Both the position numbers and the translations under genes were made by a program. Positions 57,863 through 64,000 of a stretch of DNA of 64,000 bases are shown in pieces (within the stretch, counting starts at the first letter, position 1; each line of letters starts with the position of its first letter). The stretch is from Candidatus Hodarchaeota archaeon (GTDB taxonomy: Archaea > Asgardarchaeota > Lokiarchaeia > Sigyniarchaeales > SOKP01). The stretch lies in NCBI GenBank assembly GCA_048886685.1, contig JBHLKM010000015.1, positions 32,001-96,000 on the forward strand, read 5' to 3'. Under the pieces are notes generated by a model. It did not search any database. It saw only the letters and a list, made by a program, of their open reading frames with translations, and was not told where the DNA came from.

Positions 57863-58846
57863 TTGCCAAAGTCAAACTTTATATTAGCAAATACATTTAT
57901 TAAAAATCGATTGATGAAGATTAATCTAGAAAGAATAGGAAAAATTAGAAGTTTCAATCGTTTTTATACAAATTTACTTGGACTTTTAGATAAGACTCTA
58001 CTTAAAAGTGTATATTCTCTAACTGAAGTGAGAATAATGTTTGAACTTAACCGCTTATCAATCTCCACTGCAAGTGAACTTGTAAAAATACTTAATTTAG
58101 ATGCAGCTTATCTTAGCCGAATATTACGCAAATTTGAAAAAAAATATATCGTTCAAAAAGAGCGATCGAGTAAAGATATGCGTAAACAACTAATTTCCCT
58201 TACCAATAAAGGAAAAAAGATAATTTCAGAACTAAAGGAAAAAGCAAATGAGCAGATTAAAACTTTGCTTGAGGATCTAGCAGAAGAAGATCAATATCGA
58301 TTAGTTAATGCGATGAAAAATATTGAAAGAATTTTACAGAGTGAAAAGAAAAAGTCAATGTTTTATACTATAAGGTCTTACAAACCAGGTGATATTGGAT
58401 ATATTATTTATCGACATGGAGTAGTTTATGCAAATGAATATCAGCTTGATGCAACGTTTGAAGCTTATGTAGCTAAATATATGGCAGAATTTATTGAAAA
58501 ATATGATCCAGCTAAAGAAAATATGTGGATTGTTGAAAACGAAAGTGAGATCATTGGTTCAATTGCCATTGCGAAAGTGAATGAAAAAATCGCTCAATTG
58601 CGTTGGCTTCTTGTTGAACCCCATGAACGAAATAAAGGAATTGGTAAAAAACTAATATACGAAGCTCTTAATTTTTGTAAGAATCATGATTATGAAAAAG
58701 TGATATTAGGGACTTTTAGCGACCTTATCATAGCCCGGCACTTATATAGAAAGAATGACTTTAAATTGATCGAATCTAAAACTCATTATATATGGGGACA
58801 AAATATAACTGAAGAAGATTGGGAGTTAAAACTCCGTACAAAATAA
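57863..58846 (+). CDS. MarR-GNAT acetyltransferase fusion regulator (start likely ATG ~57914)
   Basis: IRSFNRFYT, SLTEVRIMFEL, LDAAYLSRIL, PGDIGYII.RHG and AQLRWLLVEP...GIGKKL. Confidence 0.92.
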   Translation: MPKSNFILANTFIKNRLMKINLERIGKIRSFNRFYTNLLGLLDKTLLKSVYSLTEVRIMFELNRLSISTASELVKILNLDAAYLSRILRKFEKKYIVQKERSSKDMRKQLISLTNKGKKIISELKEKANEQIKTLLEDLAEEDQYRLVNAMKNIERILQSEKKKSMFYTIRSYKPGDIGYIIYRHGVVYANEYQLDATFEAYVAKYMAEFIEKYDPAKENMWIVENESEIIGSIAIAKVNEKIAQLRWLLVEPHERNKGIGKKLIYEALNFCKNHDYEKVILGTFSDLIIARHLYRKNDFKLIESKTHYIWGQNITEEDWELKLRTK

Positions 58847-59018
58847 AAAATTATTATTAAAACGGTTAGTCAATCTGATTTTTATTTTCTACTAATTCAT
58901 AACTACGCCTTTCACAGAATCTCTGACTTTCGTATAAAAATCCAGAGTTTTTGATAAACACTTAATGTATATAAAAAAATATGATTCTTAACTACATTAA
59001 ATCCATTTATAATGATCT

Positions 59019-59177
59019 ATGAAAATTGTATTATACAAGGACTATTTTGAGAAATATTGGAAGAAAAAAGAAATTGAAATCAACTTTAAAGGATCAGGAA
59101 CAGAAAAAGACCCGATTCTAATCGAAACATCAAAAAATGAAGGAAACCTTCTTTGCTATAGTTTCTTTCATCTTTGA
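59019..59177 (+). pseudogene. Truncated N-terminus of a GSGTxxDP-motif (beta-helix/surface) protein
   Basis: MKIVLYKDYFEKYWKKKEIEINFKGSGTEKDPILIE...* (52 aa); ends just before repeat copy C. Confidence 0.45.
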
Positions 59178-59204
59178 TTGATTATTTATCCAAAAATTTA
59201 TATA

Positions 59205-59235
59205 AATTTTCATTGAACTCAGACGCTGAATTTAC
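59205..59235 (+). repeat. Direct repeat copy C (AATTTTCATTGAACTCAGACGCTGAATTTAC)
   Basis: 29/31 identical to 57704-57734. Confidence 0.8.
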
Positions 59236-59671
59236 CATTCGAGAAGTAGACTTTTTAAGCAAAAATTTTTATTTAAAAATTCTTAAAAAAAATATTCGTC
59301 AATACTGAAAATGAACTCATCCTTCTATCATAAGGATAAGGAATCTATAATTCGTAAACTTTTTTAATTTTATGATACTGTTTAGATATTCGATGGAATT
59401 ATAATCGATTCAAAGCAATTTGGGACATAATTTAGTAAGGTTATCTGCTATTCCTATTAGCGAACAATCTTATATCCCAATATTAAAAATTTCTCTCTCT
59501 TTTTGTTCTAAATCCTACAATTTCCCTCTTAATATAAATAAATTTATTAAAGTTGTTAATCTTTATTTTTAAGAATAAGAGTATATTACAACCATTTATA
59601 TAAGAATTTTATATAGGTTCCATCAAAAATTCAAAATTTTCTAAATGAAAATTATGTAGAAGGAAACAATT

Positions 59672-62600
59672 TTGACAGAAAATTTATATTTTAAGAGAAA
59701 AAAAAAAAGGATTCTCTTGATTTCCTTTATTTTCATTTTTAACTTAATTTCAATAATCTTCCTACCAAGCAGTGTTATAATTATAAAAGATATAAAGAAG
59801 AGTTTTGATAATGTAATCGATGATAATACTTTTTTTATTCAAACTTCTTCAGGTGGTCCTCCTAATAGAGCCTATTTTAAATATTATAAAGTAATAACAA
59901 TTGATAATGCAAAGGTCTCTGGTTCAGGAAACCATAAAAATTATCCTGTGTTAATTTCCCTATTTGATTCAGATTTACATGATAATGTCCAACTAAATGG
60001 CGAAGATATTGCTTTTTCTAACGATACAGCATGGTTGGATCACGAACTAGAACTATTTAAAAAGGATTATAATGGAACACACGCTCATTTGGTAACATGG
60101 GTAAGAATTCCTTCGTTATCCACTTCAACAGATACCAAATTCTATATGTATTATAGCAACTCCACTATGGGGGCTCGGGAGAATCCATCTGGCGTATGGG
60201 AAGGCAACTTCAAGGGAGTGTGGCATCTATCAGAAGACCCAACAGGAACAATCTATGATTCAACCTCCAACAACAATGATGGTACATCCCAAGGTGTTAT
60301 GACTTCAGGTGACCAAGTAGATGGTCAAATCGATGGAAGTTTGGATTTTGATGGAAATGATGATAATATTAGGATAACTGATGCTGCTAGTTTGGATATT
60401 ACCTCTGCCATTACGGTTGAAGCATGGGTTAATGGAACGGGAAATTGGTGGAATTCCAAATATCAATATAGGAAAAAGATAAATATAACAAATAATTACG
60501 GCTCTACAGTTGTGGCGAATACTATAGTCAAGTTTACCGCAGACACAGCGACTCTAATTTCAACTGGCAAGCTTAGAACCGATGAGAAAGACTGGAGGAT
60601 TGGATATTGGGATGGTTATTCTTGGATTGAGCTAGCAAGAGATGTTTATATTGGATGGGACACATCGAACACAGAAACATGGTTTAGATTACAAGCAGAT
60701 ATAACTGATGGAAATTCGGATAACAATTATTATGTATATTATGGATATTCTGATGAGATTGGAACTCCTACAACTTTAGGTCTTTCAGAAGGCATTATAA
60801 AACAACAACCTGCTGGAGGAATGGGATGGGACAAAGCTATAGATTACATGGATAACATAGAATGGGGACTTGCCCAAGCATATAGCTATTCACCTTCATA
60901 CACAAGTTGGTATGTTGTTACAAAAATAAGCTGGTATTGCTCTCACGAAGATAGCACTACTTCCCAATTACTTGCTGGTTACATTTTTGACGGTATTAAC
61001 AAGCTAGAGGGTGAGGAAATTACTAATGGAAAAAGTGCTACATTCACAGGGAGTTCAGTTGTCAAAAATGCTTATAATGATGCGGTATTCTCAAAACCAT
61101 ATCCTCAGCCAGAAAGAGGTAGCACTTACTATATGGCTCTCTTCCCCGATTCTAGTCGTACTGCTTCAATGGAACCTATTTTTTGGGCTATTGAACTTTC
61201 TGCTGGTAATGGAGCTTATTGGGTAATAAGATCGGGAACTTGGACTTTATGGGGAAGTAATGGAGATTTTAAATATCAACTCTATGGATATGAAGCCCCA
61301 AATAATGACTGTGTAGCCTCTCTTGGCTTAGAAGAACAAAATGGAATCAATAAAGGGAATGCCCCTTCTCTTGCCTTTGATAATTCAAATGTTGCAGGGC
61401 TTATAAATAATAAAGTTATATTCGCCAATATTGGAGCTGGTTGGAATTATGTAGTCTTAACTTACGATGGCACTAATCAAACATTATATGTCGATGGGGA
61501 ATTAAGGGAGACCTCAGCACTCACTGGAGCTATAAACACAAATATCAATGACTTAATCATCGGAGATTTCTTCAATGGTATAATTGATGAAGTCCGCATT
61601 TCCAGTATTGCACGTTCTGCTGATTGGATTAAGACAGAATTCAACAACCATCATGAACCAAATCGTTTTTATTCTGTTGGCAATTCCACCATGGTTGACA
61701 ATATTCCCCCAAAATTTTCAAATTTAAGCGAAAGTTCAGATCCTCTAGAATTAGGTGATACTGAAATTATTACGATAAACGTTACCGATCTATTTGGGAT
61801 TAACCAAGTTTTGATAGAAAATGAAGGGGGTAACCACTCAATGACAAACATTGTGGGAGATCTGTGGCAATATGACTCTTGGACTCCTGCAAATTTAGGT
61901 AATTATACATACACGATTTATATGGAAGATATTAACCACAATTGGAATTCTACTAGTGGCTCGATCAGAGTAGTTGATACTACGCCGCCAACCTATTCAA
62001 ATTTAATAGAAAGTGCTGATCCTTTAAAATTAGGACAAAATGAAACGATAACCATTAAAGTTTATGATTCTCCAGGTTCAGGAGTGAACCAAACGATATT
62101 AGAATATGAATCATTGAATTATACGATGATATTTATGGGTGAAGAAACGTGGAATTGGAATAACTGGAAACCAACTTCCGAAGGACTCTTTCCTTATAAA
62201 ATATACATGCAAGATATGCAAAATAATTGGAATGTAACAAATGGTAGCATTACTGTAATAACTACAACTGCGCCTGTTATAGAAAATCTGACCGAAAGTG
62301 CAGATCCTTTAGAATTGGGAAATAATATTACCATTGCTGTAGATGTATCTGATAATGAAACTAGCGTATCATCAGTGCTAATCGAATTAGAGGGCGTAAA
62401 TTATACAATGAGTAATATTGGAGGAAATACTTACGAATATAACTGGACGAGAAGCTTGGTTGGAATTGTTGTGTATACAATTTATGCAAATGATACAGGA
62501 AATAATTGGAATAAAATAACTAGTAGTTTTGATATTGTAGACACAACACCACCTTCTTTTACAGATCAAATTGAGAGTCAAAATCCATTAGAACTTGGAA

Positions 62601-64000
62601 ATACTGAAGTAATATCTATTAATGCTACAGATCTAACTGGTATTAAACAAATAAAAATCGAATTTGAAGGAAGTAATCACTCGATGTCAAATATCGGTGG
62701 AGACACTTGGCAATATAATCTTTGGATGCCCTCTACTACAGGAAATTACTTCTACACGATTTGGATCGAAGATAATAATAACAACTGGAATTTTTCTTTA
62801 GGTTCAATTATAGTTCAAGATACAATAGCACCTTTTTATTCAAATTTAACGAAAAGTGCTGATCCCGTGGAATTAGGGACTATTTTAATCATAAATATTA
62901 ATATTACTGATTTATCTAACATCAAACGAGCTTTAATAGAATTTGAAGGTTCTAACCACTCAATGATAAATATTGGTGGAGATTTATGGCAATACGACTC
63001 TTGGATGCCTAACAAAATAGGTAACTATTCATACACGATTCATATGGAAGATAATAACAATAATTGGAACTCCACTAGTGGTTCAATAATTTTCCAAGAT
63101 ACAATTTCACCGGTTTATTCAAATTTATTTGAAAGCGCAGATCCTTTAGAATTAGGTGAAAGCATACTTATCAGAATTGATACTAATGATTTTGCAGGTA
63201 TCAACCAATCTTTAATAGAATTTGAAGGATCAAATCATACTATGATTAATATCTATGGAAATACATGGCAATATGATTCCTGGACTCCAAATAATTGGAT
63301 TATTTACCAATATAAAATTTATATCGAAGATAATAGCGGTAATTGGAATTTTACGAATGGCAATATTACAGTTTATGACACCACGCCCCCACTTCCACCT
63401 GTTATAACTATGGCTCCAAGCGGAGATGTCAGCGGGATTTTAACATTTGATTGGATAGATGGTTTTGATCCATCAGGTATATCTTATTATATCTTAATTA
63501 TTGATAATGAACCCGACCCGTTTATTACACCTGGATATGTATTTATATTTAATATTACAAATATAAGCCCTGAAAGCAGCTATTGTGAATTACCCGAAAC
63601 TCTTCCGCAAGGAAAATATTATTATTTCCTAGCTCAAGTAGATGGGTTAGGACATCAAAGTAGCTATACTACAGGAACATTTACTGTTGTCTCAACTAAT
63701 AATAATCTTATGATTTATATCATTATTGGAATAACATTAATGAGTATAATTGGTTTAGTCTCTACCGCAATTATAGTGAAAAAAAGAACGAAAAAAGATG
63801 TACTCCCTCAGAAAGAAAAGATTCCTTTTAAAATAGTAATTTCCCATATAAATAACATTTCAAGTTCGCAATTTATTTCTGAAAAAGAAGGATCTAAGAA
63901 AAAATTAATAAAAAAAGAAACCGATAAAACATTTTGGGATGAAGAATTTCTAGATGAAAAAGAATTAGGCAACCGATTAAATGAAATTAGATTATTAGGA
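59672..64000 (+). CDS. Large membrane-anchored surface glycoprotein (DUF2341 x2, LamG/concanavalin, six Ig/cadherin-like repeats, TM, cytoplasmic tail); 3' end outside window
   Basis: TTG at 59672 with a basic + hydrophobic signal region; YYKVITID..KV...NYPVLI, WVRIP.LS, GVWHL, LDFDG, FNGIIDEVRISSIARSADWI; TM at ~63707-63778. Its absence from the ORF track is consistent with no stop before 64000. Confidence 0.9.
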   Translation, partial: MTENLYFKRKKKRILLISFIFIFNLISIIFLPSSVIIIKDIKKSFDNVIDDNTFFIQTSSGGPPNRAYFKYYKVITIDNAKVSGSGNHKNYPVLISLFDSDLHDNVQLNGEDIAFSNDTAWLDHELELFKKDYNGTHAHLVTWVRIPSLSTSTDTKFYMYYSNSTMGARENPSGVWEGNFKGVWHLSEDPTGTIYDSTSNNNDGTSQGVMTSGDQVDGQIDGSLDFDGNDDNIRITDAASLDITSAITVEAWVNGTGNWWNSKYQYRKKINITNNYGSTVVANTIVKFTADTATLISTGKLRTDEKDWRIGYWDGYSWIELARDVYIGWDTSNTETWFRLQADITDGNSDNNYYVYYGYSDEIGTPTTLGLSEGIIKQQPAGGMGWDKAIDYMDNIEWGLAQAYSYSPSYTSWYVVTKISWYCSHEDSTTSQLLAGYIFDGINKLEGEEITNGKSATFTGSSVVKNAYNDAVFSKPYPQPERGSTYYMALFPDSSRTASMEPIFWAIELSAGNGAYWVIRSGTWTLWGSNGDFKYQLYGYEAPNNDCVASLGLEEQNGINKGNAPSLAFDNSNVAGLINNKVIFANIGAGWNYVVLTYDGTNQTLYVDGELRETSALTGAINTNINDLIIGDFFNGIIDEVRISSIARSADWIKTEFNNHHEPNRFYSVGNSTMVDNIPPKFSNLSESSDPLELGDTEIITINVTDLFGINQVLIENEGGNHSMTNIVGDLWQYDSWTPANLGNYTYTIYMEDINHNWNSTSGSIRVVDTTPPTYSNLIESADPLKLGQNETITIKVYDSPGSGVNQTILEYESLNYTMIFMGEETWNWNNWKPTSEGLFPYKIYMQDMQNNWNVTNGSITVITTTAPVIENLTESADPLELGNNITIAVDVSDNETSVSSVLIELEGVNYTMSNIGGNTYEYNWTRSLVGIVVYTIYANDTGNNWNKITSSFDIVDTTPPSFTDQIESQNPLELGNTEVISINATDLTGIKQIKIEFEGSNHSMSNIGGDTWQYNLWMPSTTGNYFYTIWIEDNNNNWNFSLGSIIVQDTIAPFYSNLTKSADPVELGTILIININITDLSNIKRALIEFEGSNHSMINIGGDLWQYDSWMPNKIGNYSYTIHMEDNNNNWNSTSGSIIFQDTISPVYSNLFESADPLELGESILIRIDTNDFAGINQSLIEFEGSNHTMINIYGNTWQYDSWTPNNWIIYQYKIYIEDNSGNWNFTNGNITVYDTTPPLPPVITMAPSGDVSGILTFDWIDGFDPSGISYYILIIDNEPDPFITPGYVFIFNITNISPESSYCELPETLPQGKYYYFLAQVDGLGHQSSYTTGTFTVVSTNNNLMIYIIIGITLMSIIGLVSTAIIVKKRTKKDVLPQKEKIPFKIVISHINNISSSQFISEKEGSKKKLIKKETDKTFWDEEFLDEKELGNRLNEIRLLG
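61697..63376 (+). repeat. Six tandem ~93 aa intragenic repeats
   Basis: Each unit reads DTxxP..SNL.ES.DPLELG...NH(S/T)M.NI.G..W.Y..W.P...Y.Y.I..ED...NWN...GSI, with many NxS/T sequons. Confidence 0.9.

Noticed and set aside
57189-59235. CRISPR array or classical integron attC array
   Set aside because: Spacing of 514 and 1501 bp is far too long for CRISPR; there are no cas or intI genes and no RYYYAAC/GTTRRRY ends.
59300-59480. Possible LRR-gene relic on the minus strand (IPSNI..LKSLRI-like fragments)
   Set aside because: Too short and too interrupted by stops to support a call.
1056-62581. Short ORFs in the track that overlap larger genes (e.g. 1056-1337, 6582-6857, 8457-8813, 14812-15141, 21651-22025, 48723-49515, 61011-61226, 61669-61851, 62387-62581)
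   Set aside because: Antisense or alternate-frame shadows of well-supported genes, with no motifs of their own.
1-64000. Selenoprotein (in-frame TGA) genes
   Set aside because: ORFs ending in TGA appear complete by family motifs; I saw no TGA at a conserved Cys position followed by continued homology.

Overview
AT-rich archaeal chromosomal segment, almost certainly Asgard archaeal (Lokiarchaeia-like). The basis is a fused single-chain RpoB, PolD, Orc1/Cdc6, PAN, TFE and NAC, together with several Ras/Rab-like GTPases, a roadblock-GTPase fusion, a longin-like protein and many TTG starts. The left ~30 kb is core housekeeping: rtcB/archease, carS, a cdc6-PolD cluster with an ORB-like site, cbf5, rpoH-rpoB, tfe, mbf1, pan and nac. 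It also holds three tRNA genes (Leu-GAG, Thr-CGT, Lys-TTT) with four introns, all at non-canonical positions. The middle holds an intein-containing class III ribonucleotide reductase followed by a decayed second copy of its 3' end, two more small GTPases and a loose acyl-CoA/4-hydroxybutyryl-CoA metabolic cluster. The right end is accessory DNA: a divergent NDT/TIR-like + ArsR pair, two PflA-like radical SAM genes, and a 2 kb stretch cut into cassette-like units by three direct copies of a 19-31 bp motif. One unit contains a ~166 nt multi-hairpin candidate ncRNA or MITE. The window ends in a >1443 aa membrane-anchored DUF2341/LamG surface protein that the ORF track misses because it runs off the window. 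All calls come from reading motifs by eye; no searches were run.
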